DNA from: Candidatus Tenebribacter burtonii
GTDB taxonomy: Bacteria > Cloacimonadota > Cloacimonadia > Cloacimonadales > TCS61
Direction of reading: 5' to 3'
Assembly: GCA_030765625.1 (NCBI GenBank)
Contig: JAVCCF010000142.1
Coordinates: 12,429-76,428, forward strand
Length of the DNA: 64,000 bases
A program made the position numbers and the translations under genes. Numbering within the stretch: position 1 is the first letter of the stretch; every line of letters starts with the position of its first letter. Below, piece by piece: positions 1 through 9,095 of the stretch. Below the pieces are notes generated by a model. The model was not told the DNA's origin, ran no database searches, and worked only from the letters and a program-made list of their open reading frames with translations.

Positions 1-1275
1 ATGTTCTATTATAATGTTTCCCTGGCAATTATAGCCATGATTCCTGTTCCACTTCTAATAATATGGGGATTAACTTATGGTCACCGTATGAAGGGTGGAT
101 TTCGTCTGGTAAGAAAGCGGATCGCTGATATCAATAGTTCAGTAGAAAATTCTGTTCAGGGAATTCGGGAAGTAAAGTCGTTTACCAATGAACATCTCGA
201 AATGGAAAAATTTGGACATATAAATTTTTCTTTTCAACGAGCCAAAGAAAAGATGTATAAAATCATGAGCGTTTATTTTGCAGGGATGACTTTCCTTACA
301 GATTTTTATTATCTGGTAGTTATCGGTGGTGGAGTTTACCTGATATTTCTTGGTCAACTTGATGTGATAGACTTGCTGGCATTTACGCTTTATGTAAATT
401 TTATTTTGCGGCCAATTGAACGCTTGGTTCACTTTACAGAGCAGTTCCAACAGGGATCTACCGCTTTTGAAAGATTCATTGAGATCATGGATATAGAACC
501 AGATATTAAAGATAAGAAAAACGCTATTACCCTTGATAATGTGAAAGGATCGATCGATATTAGGAATCTTACTTTTAAATATATTTCATCTAAAAATTGG
601 GTTTTGCAAAACATTAACATGACAATTCCTGCAGGAAAGATCATTGCTCTTGTTGGAGAATCGGGCGCAGGTAAATCCACAATTGCTTCTTTGATCCCTC
701 GCTTTTATGAAGCTCAAAAAGGATCGATCTCCATTGATGGAAACAATATTATGGATTTAAAGCAGAAATCATTAAGGGAGAACATAGGTATTGTTCAGCA
801 GAATGTATTTTTATTCGATACTTCGATCCGTGAAAATATAATCTATGGAAATCCAAATGCCAGTGAAGAAGAGGTTATGGAAGCTGCTCGTAAAGCTAAT
901 ATCCTTAGTTTTATTCAATCACTCCCTGAAGGATTCGATACACTTACAGGTGAACAGGGAATTAAGCTTTCGGGTGGGCAGAAACAACGAATATCAATTG
1001 CAAGAGCATTCTTGAAAAATCCGCCAATCCTCATTTTCGATGAAGCAACATCCTCTCTCGATACAGAATCGGAAGCTTATATCCAGAGAGCTATGGAAGA
1101 ACTTTCTCAAAATAGAACAACTATTATCATTGCCCATCGTTTATCTACTGTTCGTAATGCAGATCTGCTCTATGTGATCAACGATGGGAAAATCGTGGAG
1201 CAGGGAACTCATAATGAATTAATGGCAATGAAAGATTATTATTTTAATCTTTATACAAAAAACATGATCTTCTAA
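1..1275 (+). CDS. ABC exporter, fused permease/ATP-binding protein (MsbA/ABCB type), 5' end truncated by the window
   Basis: The ORF runs from the window edge. Walker A GESGAGKST, ABC signature LSGGQKQR and Walker B ILIFDEATSSLD are present. The N-terminal part is hydrophobic TMD helices. Confidence 0.9.
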   Translation: MFYYNVSLAIIAMIPVPLLIIWGLTYGHRMKGGFRLVRKRIADINSSVENSVQGIREVKSFTNEHLEMEKFGHINFSFQRAKEKMYKIMSVYFAGMTFLTDFYYLVVIGGGVYLIFLGQLDVIDLLAFTLYVNFILRPIERLVHFTEQFQQGSTAFERFIEIMDIEPDIKDKKNAITLDNVKGSIDIRNLTFKYISSKNWVLQNINMTIPAGKIIALVGESGAGKSTIASLIPRFYEAQKGSISIDGNNIMDLKQKSLRENIGIVQQNVFLFDTSIRENIIYGNPNASEEEVMEAARKANILSFIQSLPEGFDTLTGEQGIKLSGGQKQRISIARAFLKNPPILIFDEATSSLDTESEAYIQRAMEELSQNRTTIIIAHRLSTVRNADLLYVINDGKIVEQGTHNELMAMKDYYFNLYTKNMIF

Positions 1276-1279
1276 AATT

Positions 1280-2151
1280 ATGTTGAAAATCGTTTTTTTG
1301 CTGATACTCATCTGGGTGTTGATTATCCGATAAACCCCAAAGTGGAACGCAGGAGACGCGGAGAAGATTTTTTTAATAATTACATGAAGGTTCTGGAATA
1401 TGCAGTTGAATCCAAAGCAGATTTGGTCATGCACGGTGGCGATTTTTTCTTCCAGAGTATGATCCCCATTCCCATCTTCGATGAACCTTTAACTTTCTTT
1501 TTTAAAAAGAAAAATGCTATAATCGGAATTACCGGTTTCCCTAATATTAGAAATAGAATCAGACTACAATTCGAGAATATTTTAAAAAAGGCTACTGAAG
1601 GTAATCCTGAAGTTGATATTAAACTTCTTCTAATGTATCAGACAATTCAGGAATCTAAAATTGAAGGTTATACTTTCCGTTATGGAATTGATATTCTACC
1701 TTTAGATATGCTTCCTGCAGATTATTATGCAGTTCTCTCCGGTTACATTCACAGAGCTCAAATCTTTCATTATGAAAAAGCAGGAATCAAAATACCTGTT
1801 ATCTATCCAGGATCTACGGAACGTACATCAGTTGTAGAAATGGCAGAAGAAAAAGGATTTTATGAACTCATATTTGATGAATCTAAAAATGGTTGGAAAC
1901 TGACAGAAACAAAGTTTCACATCCTCCCTACCCGACCAATGATTAGATTGGATATAACTAAATTAACTGAAGATGAAAAAGTTCTACGTAATTTATTGGA
2001 AGCTGAATTAAGCAAATTAGATCAAAATTCTGTTGTAAGATTACGTTGTGATATCCCAGAAACTAGAAAACTTCTAAAAGCTGAATTGTTAAGAGAATTG
2101 ACACCGAAAGCAATGACACTTACTTTGGCACCAGTGTATAAAAGAAGGTAA
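1280..2151 (+). pseudogene. SbcD/Mre11-like metallophosphoesterase, frameshifted at a T7 run and with degenerate catalytic motifs
   Basis: ATG at 1280 gives MLKIVF, then stops in that frame. After the T7 run (1293-1299) the frame of the 1342 ORF reads FADTHLGVDYP... (motif I D-x-H). That frame is open only back to 1288. Motif II GGDFF is present. No GNH(D/E) motif is visible. Positions expected to be His read Tyr (LLLMYQT, SGYIHRAQ). Confidence 0.5.
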
Positions 2152-2363
2152 CATGTTCACTCTACCACAACGAATAAATTTTGAATCTGTAAAAATTGGA
2201 TTCGATCTTTAAAATAACTATTGTCTTTCTGAGGTTTCTGATAGCTTTGCTCACGAAGAATCTCATGACAGTTCTTTTAGCTTTACACCTTGTGGCAACA
2301 GCTAAGACTCTTCATCGAATGCCTTTGTAAGATTATCTCAGAGAGACAGAAAATGGAGATTCT

Positions 2364-2825
2364 ATGGATAAAAAAAGAAAAACCGAACGATATAAAAGAG
2401 TTATCATCCAAATTAAAGAATTAATGCAGGAAACTACAGATCCATTTGCTAGGATGAGTACAATTGCATCTATTCTACATCATAAATTTGATTACTTTTT
2501 CTGGACTGGATTTTATCGGTTAGTTAATGGAGAAATAACTGTAAGTTGTTATCAAGGGAGTGTTGCCTGTTTGGTTTTAAAGAAATATGAAGGTGTCTGC
2601 TGGGCAGCAATCAAAAAGATGAAAATTCAGATCATTCCAGACGTTCACAAATTTCCAGGATATATAGCTTGTGATAGCCGTTCAGTATCTGAGATCGTAA
2701 TTCCGATATTCAAAGATGAGGAAGTTATGGCTGTATTAGATATGGACAGCAAAGATCTCAATTCATTCGATGATGTGGATGCAAAATATTTAGAAATAAT
2801 TGTGAAGATGATTTATACATCATGA
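2364..2825 (+). CDS. msrC: GAF-domain free methionine-(R)-sulfoxide reductase (YebR/MsrC family)
   Basis: Family pattern FFWTGFYRL...YQGSVAC...GVCWAA...VHKFPGYIACDSRSVSEIVIPIF...VLDMDS. About 150 aa, typical for fRMsr. Confidence 0.75.
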   Translation: MDKKRKTERYKRVIIQIKELMQETTDPFARMSTIASILHHKFDYFFWTGFYRLVNGEITVSCYQGSVACLVLKKYEGVCWAAIKKMKIQIIPDVHKFPGYIACDSRSVSEIVIPIFKDEEVMAVLDMDSKDLNSFDDVDAKYLEIIVKMIYTS

Positions 2826-3851
2826 AGTTATGAGATCAATCACTTTTTGATAGTCATATATTTCTTTAACAATTATATTTTGAAATCCTTTAAATAAAAC
2901 TAACCTAACTCTCTTTCCCGCTTTTTTATCCTGAAAGATGAGTTCTTCCCCGCTCTTTTTTATTTTCTTTTTAATTTCATTTGAAACAGTATAAGGAAGA
3001 TTATATTTATCAAGAAGTTCATTGATCTTATTGAACTCATTATTGCTTATCATTTTTTCATTATAGCTATATTCAGCAGCTTTGCGAATTCCAATAGCAA
3101 CGGCTTCTCCGTGGCTAATAGAATATTCTGAAGCAGATTCTATAAGATGAGCAAATGTGTGACCAAGATTCAATTTCCGCCGTTCATTCGAATCATATAG
3201 ATCTTTTTCACATAACATCATTTTTATCTGAATAGCCTTTTGCACGATTTCCGGTGTTATTATAAGATTTCCATCATACAAAAGTTCATACAATCCGTTA
3301 TCATTGATCAATGATACTTTTAAACATTCAGTCCAACCATTTTTTCGATCTTTCTCTGTAAGCGTTTTTAGAAAACCAGAGAATATATGTACTTTTTCTG
3401 CAGGATAGAATGTTCCAATAGAATTTTTAACTCCATTAAAATTAAGTGCACTTTTACCTCCAATTGCTGCATCGATCATGCCAAGAAAAGTTGTTGGAAT
3501 AAGCTGCAGTCTACAACCACGCTTAAATGTAGAAGCCGTAAAAGCTGTGATGTCAGTTGTAATACCTCCACCAATTCCAATAATCACAGTTTCTCTTGTA
3601 ACATTATTCTCAAGAAAAAAAGAGAAGATTTTTTTAACTTCTTCAATTGTTTTATTGTTTTCTTTTGCATCGAATAAATATTTTGGAGATTCTTTTATAT
3701 AATCATCCAACTTATTTTTATACAACTTATATACATTTTTATCAATTATAAATACTTTTTTATCAAGTTCTTTAATGCTATCATCAAGATTCTTATCTAG
3801 AACAACTTGAGATAGAGTACTAATGGTTAATTTCTGCATTATAATTTTCAT
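2820..3851 (-). CDS. aroB: 3-dehydroquinate synthase
   Basis: GIGGGITTDITAF, IPTTFLGMIDAAIGGK, NLGHTFAHLIE and HGEAVAIG motifs. The track ORF extends to 3923, but that extension overlaps the upstream gene. Met codons at 3851 or 3839 are more plausible starts. Confidence 0.85.
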   Translation of the reverse strand: MKIIMQKLTISTLSQVVLDKNLDDSIKELDKKVFIIDKNVYKLYKNKLDDYIKESPKYLFDAKENNKTIEEVKKIFSFFLENNVTRETVIIGIGGGITTDITAFTASTFKRGCRLQLIPTTFLGMIDAAIGGKSALNFNGVKNSIGTFYPAEKVHIFSGFLKTLTEKDRKNGWTECLKVSLINDNGLYELLYDGNLIITPEIVQKAIQIKMMLCEKDLYDSNERRKLNLGHTFAHLIESASEYSISHGEAVAIGIRKAAEYSYNEKMISNNEFNKINELLDKYNLPYTVSNEIKKKIKKSGEELIFQDKKAGKRVRLVLFKGFQNIIVKEIYDYQKVIDLITS

Positions 3852-5358
3852 TAATTTCCGTATTTTTCTTATATAGACGCAAAATCTTCCCACCATATAA
3901 GCGATTAAAAACGTTGTATTCACTAACTAATTTGAGCTTATTCGAATCTAAATCTTCATCAGAAATAATATAAATACCAGATTTTACTTTATCAGGTATC
4001 TTGTATGAAAACTTCAGACCTGTTATCAACGCTATCGAGCTCGAAATATTTCCATAAAGTATTATGTTATCATCAATTCCCGATGTTTCAGTAGTTACCT
4101 TTTTCTTTATATCCCATGCTGCTGAAATATAAGAATAATTATAATTATTAATATAATCTTCCAGTTTCCACATATTCCACACATTTGCTAATAAAATAAA
4201 AAAAATGATAATGAAACTCGAATGCCTAATCAAAGGAATTTGAGATTGGTTTGGAAAGTTGTTGTTAATGAGATTTCGGAAATTAATCGGTAGAGTAGAC
4301 ACAAAAAATATCATAGGTGCCAGAAGAATTACAAAATAACGTGTAGCCTGCGCTATGAAAAACCCTAGTACCAAAAACGATGATAAGAAAAACACCAAGA
4401 ATATTTTATTCAAATTAGAAATCCTTTTTGTCTCAAAATATTCGTTGATCACAATTAACATACTTAGAATAGAAAACAGAAAGAGACCAATATTATTCAA
4501 GATCAACGGATTAGTAAAAAACCGAAGATAATTCTTAAAAACAGTGGCAGGTAAGAAACCCTTAAAGAAGAAAATATTTGAATTAAATATATATTGGGTT
4601 GGGATTGATGTTGTTGGATCTATGTTTTTCTTGATAATTAATGGAATTCCAATGATCAATATTACAGCTATCGAAAATAGTACAGCATACAATTGAAATT
4701 TCGGTTTTCTTTTTTCAATAATCCAATTGAACATAGCATAAAGGAATATTGTTAATCCAAATATTAATCCGTTAGTTTTAGTAAGAACTGAAATTCCTAA
4801 TAAAATACCGCATGCAAGAATATACATCCAGGACAACCACTTTTTCTGAGACTCTATACCTTTTAGAAAAAATAATAATGCTGCTGTTCCAATAGCTATC
4901 ATAGGAATTTCCAGAAATGCCAGACGGCCGAAAATAAAATAATAGTAATTAGTGCTGATAAGAAACAGGAATAATATTACTGATATGATTTTACTTTCCC
5001 AATCCATGGTTGTTCTAATTATGATCCACAGTAGCATTAGGACAATTATACAACTGAAGATCAAAGAGGGCATCCTAGCTACTGTTAATGAGAATCCCGC
5101 ATAATTAAAAGATAGATATTGGATCAAAGGAATAATTGGCCAGATGAAAATATCATTCAACTCATCACAAATCCAGTTCCCCGTTAGATATTTATTGATA
5201 GCATTCCCTGACTTCCAACCTTCATCGGTAATAAATGAATCATTTCTATGGCAAATGGATACATCCGTATCAGCTTCGATATTGTGAAATCTGATAAAGA
5301 AAATCACAAAAAATAATAGAATTAGTATGATTGATATTACCAATTTAAACTTTTTCAT
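3820..5358 (-). CDS. Polytopic membrane glycosyltransferase, ArnT/PMT-like (GT39/GT83 type)
   Basis: About 12 hydrophobic helices. An N-terminal loop carries a DE motif (FITDEGWKSGNAINKY) as in PMT_2/ArnT enzymes. Sits in a glycan-locus context. Confidence 0.55.
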   Translation of the reverse strand: MKKFKLVISIILILLFFVIFFIRFHNIEADTDVSICHRNDSFITDEGWKSGNAINKYLTGNWICDELNDIFIWPIIPLIQYLSFNYAGFSLTVARMPSLIFSCIIVLMLLWIIIRTTMDWESKIISVILFLFLISTNYYYFIFGRLAFLEIPMIAIGTAALLFFLKGIESQKKWLSWMYILACGILLGISVLTKTNGLIFGLTIFLYAMFNWIIEKRKPKFQLYAVLFSIAVILIIGIPLIIKKNIDPTTSIPTQYIFNSNIFFFKGFLPATVFKNYLRFFTNPLILNNIGLFLFSILSMLIVINEYFETKRISNLNKIFLVFFLSSFLVLGFFIAQATRYFVILLAPMIFFVSTLPINFRNLINNNFPNQSQIPLIRHSSFIIIFFILLANVWNMWKLEDYINNYNYSYISAAWDIKKKVTTETSGIDDNIILYGNISSSIALITGLKFSYKIPDKVKSGIYIISDEDLDSNKLKLVSEYNVFNRLYGGKILRLYKKNTEINENYNAEINH

Positions 5359-5417
5359 TAATGCTCACTCTCCTGATTTTATTATGTGATATTGTTCGAT
5401 AATACACATTTTGATAG

Positions 5418-5570
5418 CTATTGTTTCCTGATTGTATCTTTAAGTCTTGAAAGATCATGTTCCATTAGCAAGAAATATAATCTAGGTTTTTGAAGTAAAG
5501 CAATATTAATGCATTCAGTCCAACTATTTTTCATATCTTTTTCCGAAAGAGTTTTAAAAGAATCTATTCT
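5418..5570 (-). pseudogene. Relic fragment of a 3-dehydroquinate-synthase-like gene
   Basis: The minus-strand frame reads RIDSFKTLSEKDMKNSWTECINIALLQKPRLYFLL..., bounded by stops. The intact aroB has GFLKTLTEKDRKNGWTECLKVSLINDNGLYELL. Nucleotide stretch 5511-5563 is about 75 percent identical to aroB 3317-3369 by manual alignment. Confidence 0.45.
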
Positions 5571-5694
5571 TTATGTAATCGATAAACTCTAAGATCGACA
5601 ATAAAAACTGATTTTGATGTTATCTTTCTTGATAATCTAAGATCATCTTGAAAAACATTATTAACTTGTATTTCATTAACTATTTTTTTCTTAA

Positions 5695-7179
5695 TCATTT
5701 ATTCTTCACTTGTAAAAGATCTATTATCATATTTTTATATTCCCGATTCTTTTTCATAAAAAACAATAGTATTAAAAAGCCAATTATTATATATCCCAAT
5801 TTATAAAACAGTGTATTGACACTTGATTCAATTAGAAAATTCAACCAGGAAATTAAACCAAAAATTATTGTTACAATTAATAAATAAAATGGATTATATC
5901 CAACCGCAAAGATTCTTTCTGTTACAAATAAATCATAAATAACTATAAACAGGTATGCCAAAATGGAAGCAATACCTGCTCCAAGCATTCCATATTCAGG
6001 AATTAATATATAATTTAATCCAATATTTATAAGTGCTCCAATAATAATACCTGCAGATATCTTTTTTGATTTTCGTAAAATATATAATCCTAAAACAATT
6101 ATATTGGCAAGACCGTGCATGAATACAGAAATTACACCAATAAAAACATATTTTCCACCTTCTGCATATTGAGGATTGAATAGTAAAAAAATCTCTTGAG
6201 AAAAAATGATAATACAATATCCAATCAAACTTCCAATTAAAAGATAAAAATTATATACCCTTTTTAAGTGTTTTTTGGCTAAATCAGAATTACCTAGTTT
6301 GAGAATAAATGGGAAAAACACTAGATCAAATACTGAAGTTAATAAAGATAATATCATACCTACTTTATAAGAGATCGCATAAATTCCTGTATCATGAAGT
6401 TTATCTGGAGAAAACAAACTTAACATATATCTATCCGCTGATTGTAAAAATAAAATGGATATTGTTGCAGGAATTATTATAATACTAAAAGGTAGTATTT
6501 CTTTCAACATCTTCCAAGAAAAAATAACCTTATTTGTACAATTTATATTTAATTCACTTATTATTTGTTGCATATAATAAAAGGCAAAAATTGCTGATAT
6601 TAGTGAAGAAATGAACAGTATCTTCACTAAGATATCAAGAGTTAGGAAACCTAGTATTGCAGATAAAATAAATAATGGAATAAAAACAATGTTTGTTGAG
6701 AGAGAAAGTTTAGAATAACTTTTCGAATTTTGTCTGATATTCAAAAGAGCTAAAGTAATACCCTTAATAACAGTTAGAAGGGAAATTATGCTGAACCAAA
6801 TAAGAAGATATGTATAACGTGAAGCCAAGACTGAATCTGAACTTAAAATTAGATTTGTTATTTGAGTTCGAAATAAAATAATTAGAGTTGTAAGAAATAA
6901 TCCATTTAAAATAATTGTAAAATAGGAAGTCTTGACCAACGATGATTTATACTGATTATCATTTGTTTTGTGATAAAAGGTCATCAATGATTGATGTATC
7001 CCTACTTGATAAAAAAGAGCTGCAATTGATGAAAATAAAGCCATTAAAGCATAAACAGCATATTCTCCTGGAGCAAGGAAATTTGAAATTACTGGTAGTA
7101 CTAGAAAAGCAGTTCCTTTATTTATTATAGAAGAAAATGTGTAATGAATTGCTTTATTGAGGAGATTTCTTTTTACCAT
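5695..7179 (-). CDS. Oligosaccharide/polysaccharide flippase (Wzx, MOP superfamily)
   Basis: 494 aa with about 12-14 TM helices. Typical N-terminus (KNLLNKAIHYTFSSIINKGTAFLVLPVIS). Glycan operon context. Confidence 0.8.
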   Translation of the reverse strand: MVKRNLLNKAIHYTFSSIINKGTAFLVLPVISNFLAPGEYAVYALMALFSSIAALFYQVGIHQSLMTFYHKTNDNQYKSSLVKTSYFTIILNGLFLTTLIILFRTQITNLILSSDSVLASRYTYLLIWFSIISLLTVIKGITLALLNIRQNSKSYSKLSLSTNIVFIPLFILSAILGFLTLDILVKILFISSLISAIFAFYYMQQIISELNINCTNKVIFSWKMLKEILPFSIIIIPATISILFLQSADRYMLSLFSPDKLHDTGIYAISYKVGMILSLLTSVFDLVFFPFILKLGNSDLAKKHLKRVYNFYLLIGSLIGYCIIIFSQEIFLLFNPQYAEGGKYVFIGVISVFMHGLANIIVLGLYILRKSKKISAGIIIGALINIGLNYILIPEYGMLGAGIASILAYLFIVIYDLFVTERIFAVGYNPFYLLIVTIIFGLISWLNFLIESSVNTLFYKLGYIIIGFLILLFFMKKNREYKNMIIDLLQVKNK

Positions 7180-8045
7180 GGTATATTTCCTGAGTCATCA
7201 CAATACTTGCATATTGGAATACTCGCTCGTTTTCCTAACCTTAATAACTCTCTTTTATTGATGAATTCTTTACTACTCCAGATATCTTTTATACTTTGGG
7301 TATTAATATTTCCAAAAGTTTCTTTTGCATAATAATCCATACAACAAAGCAAAATACTTCCATCCCAATTAATTACAAGTTGACTGGCAGGTCGTAGACA
7401 AGGTGTTGTTAGTAATTTTTTTTCATCAAATAGTTCACCTGCTCTATTAGTTTTTTTAAAATCTTTATAACTTCTTAGAATAACATGTCCTGGATATTTA
7501 TTTCTAAGGAATTCAAAATGCCGGTTTTCCAAATCTTCATAATTAGTTATCAAGAAAATATTAACACCTGCTCTAATTAGTTTTACAAATAAATCTTCAC
7601 TCAGGAAGTCTCCATTTGTAAATAAAGAAATATAGCTATTCTTACATGATCTTCGGGCATAATGAATCAAATCAGGTAATCGTTTATCCATTAGAGGCTC
7701 CCCATAAAAATGAGGCGAAATCCTTCCAGCAAAGTTCATTTCTGATAATTCATTAATGATCTTTTCCCACAATTTAATTGGCATTTCACCTTTTTTTCTT
7801 TGAGTAAAACGTTTATTATTAAAGCAAAAATCACATTCCCTGTTACAGTATCCGTAAGTCTCAAGATTAGTTGAAACAAACCAGCCTTTTTTGAATTGTC
7901 TTCTTAGTACAAATTTTCGAATAATATTAATACGAATATTATAAATATAATATGTAATAAAAGTAAATCCTAAATTGCGTCTCGATATTTCTAATTTCCT
8001 AAATAATTTCAAAGTATTTATTATTCTTTTTATGAGTTTAGACAT
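7173..8045 (-). CDS. Radical SAM protein with C-terminal SPASM/twitch-like Cys-rich domain
   Basis: CX3CX2C cluster motif YCNRECDFC. C-terminal Cys pattern CLRP...LLCCMDYY...PICKYC. Confidence 0.8.
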   Translation of the reverse strand: MSKLIKRIINTLKLFRKLEISRRNLGFTFITYYIYNIRINIIRKFVLRRQFKKGWFVSTNLETYGYCNRECDFCFNNKRFTQRKKGEMPIKLWEKIINELSEMNFAGRISPHFYGEPLMDKRLPDLIHYARRSCKNSYISLFTNGDFLSEDLFVKLIRAGVNIFLITNYEDLENRHFEFLRNKYPGHVILRSYKDFKKTNRAGELFDEKKLLTTPCLRPASQLVINWDGSILLCCMDYYAKETFGNINTQSIKDIWSSKEFINKRELLRLGKRASIPICKYCDDSGNIPW

Positions 8046-8046
8046 T

Positions 8047-9081
8047 TTAAGTTATAATCTCCTGATAAACATCCAAAGTTTTTATGGCAATTATCGACCA
8101 TATATAACTTGCTAATATTCGTTCTTTCAATTCATCATTTCTTTTTTTATTTAATGAAACCTCTATTGCATTAGTAATTGATTCAACAGAATCTGGGTTA
8201 GGATATTCAGCATATTTTACGAAATATTCTTCTGTTCCTCCATTAGGAGTGATCACAATATTCGCTCCGGCAAGTCCCGCTTCCAAAGCTGCTCTCCCAG
8301 GTGTTTCATATTTTGTAGGAAGTATAAAAGTATTACAAGCAGCATAAGCTGAAGCGAAAAGTGGATCATCATGATTTAACCATTCTATAAGCTTAATATT
8401 CTTACTTTTCTCAATTTCCTTTCTACACCATTCACCCTCTTTATTTTGCAGTATATCAGCAATTATTACAGCCGGATGATCGATTTGCTGCAATGCTTTT
8501 ATTATTTTCTTACCATTTTTCCTATCTGGTCCTAAATGCCCAACGTAAAGAATGAAATCTTTAAATCCATATTTCTTCTGGAACAAACTTGCATCAGCTT
8601 CTGCAAAACGTTTCTCTACACCATTATGGATCACTTGCATTTTATCCTTATTCACGTTCATGCCATTTACCAATAAATTGCTTTCATCAATTGTATTTGG
8701 AAGGACTCTTTCGGCATTGTTACATATCCGTTTTGTTATATTATAATCTGATATTGAACGTATAAACAATTTATTCAAAGGTTTTTCCAAATTTTGATAC
8801 AGTTTAATTTTCCAAGCTGGGTGATTACTGAAGATTATGGGATTAACTACATACTTTGCCCCATAAAGCTTAAGATTAGTAGCTAGAGAATACGTACTAA
8901 TATTTGCCAGAAAGATATGAACAAGATCATCTTTTGTAAGCTTTACGTTAAAATCCCACATATCAAATAGTTTTACATCAACTCCAATTTCTTCCAATGC
9001 TTTCTTTGTATGTAGCAGTTTATATGTCGGACCACCACGGTTTAACATTATTGATTGATAACTGGCTAAATGTATTCTCAT
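8047..9081 (-). CDS. Glycosyltransferase family 4 (GT-B, group 1)
   Basis: E-x7-E region LPTKYETPGRAALEAGLAGANIVITPNGGTEEYF. Confidence 0.8.
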   Translation of the reverse strand: MRIHLASYQSIMLNRGGPTYKLLHTKKALEEIGVDVKLFDMWDFNVKLTKDDLVHIFLANISTYSLATNLKLYGAKYVVNPIIFSNHPAWKIKLYQNLEKPLNKLFIRSISDYNITKRICNNAERVLPNTIDESNLLVNGMNVNKDKMQVIHNGVEKRFAEADASLFQKKYGFKDFILYVGHLGPDRKNGKKIIKALQQIDHPAVIIADILQNKEGEWCRKEIEKSKNIKLIEWLNHDDPLFASAYAACNTFILPTKYETPGRAALEAGLAGANIVITPNGGTEEYFVKYAEYPNPDSVESITNAIEVSLNKKRNDELKERILASYIWSIIAIKTLDVYQEIIT

Positions 9082-9095
9082 ATTTATCTTCCTAA

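Noticed and set aside
139-680. Minus-strand ORFs 139-450 and 429-680, and many similar antisense or out-of-frame track ORFs. Examples: 3387-3702, 5996-6217, 19878-20210, 20422-20760, 21439-21764, 43471-44532, 46572-46966 and 59655-59958.
   Set aside because: Each lies wholly inside a longer ORF that has clear family motifs on the other strand or frame. Their translations are low-complexity with no motifs. I treat them as spurious.
7173-8045. Radical SAM/SPASM gene as part of a RiPP cluster.
   Set aside because: No precursor-like small ORF, protease or exporter is adjacent, and both neighbours are glycan-pathway genes. It is kept only as a glycan-modification hypothesis in the findings.
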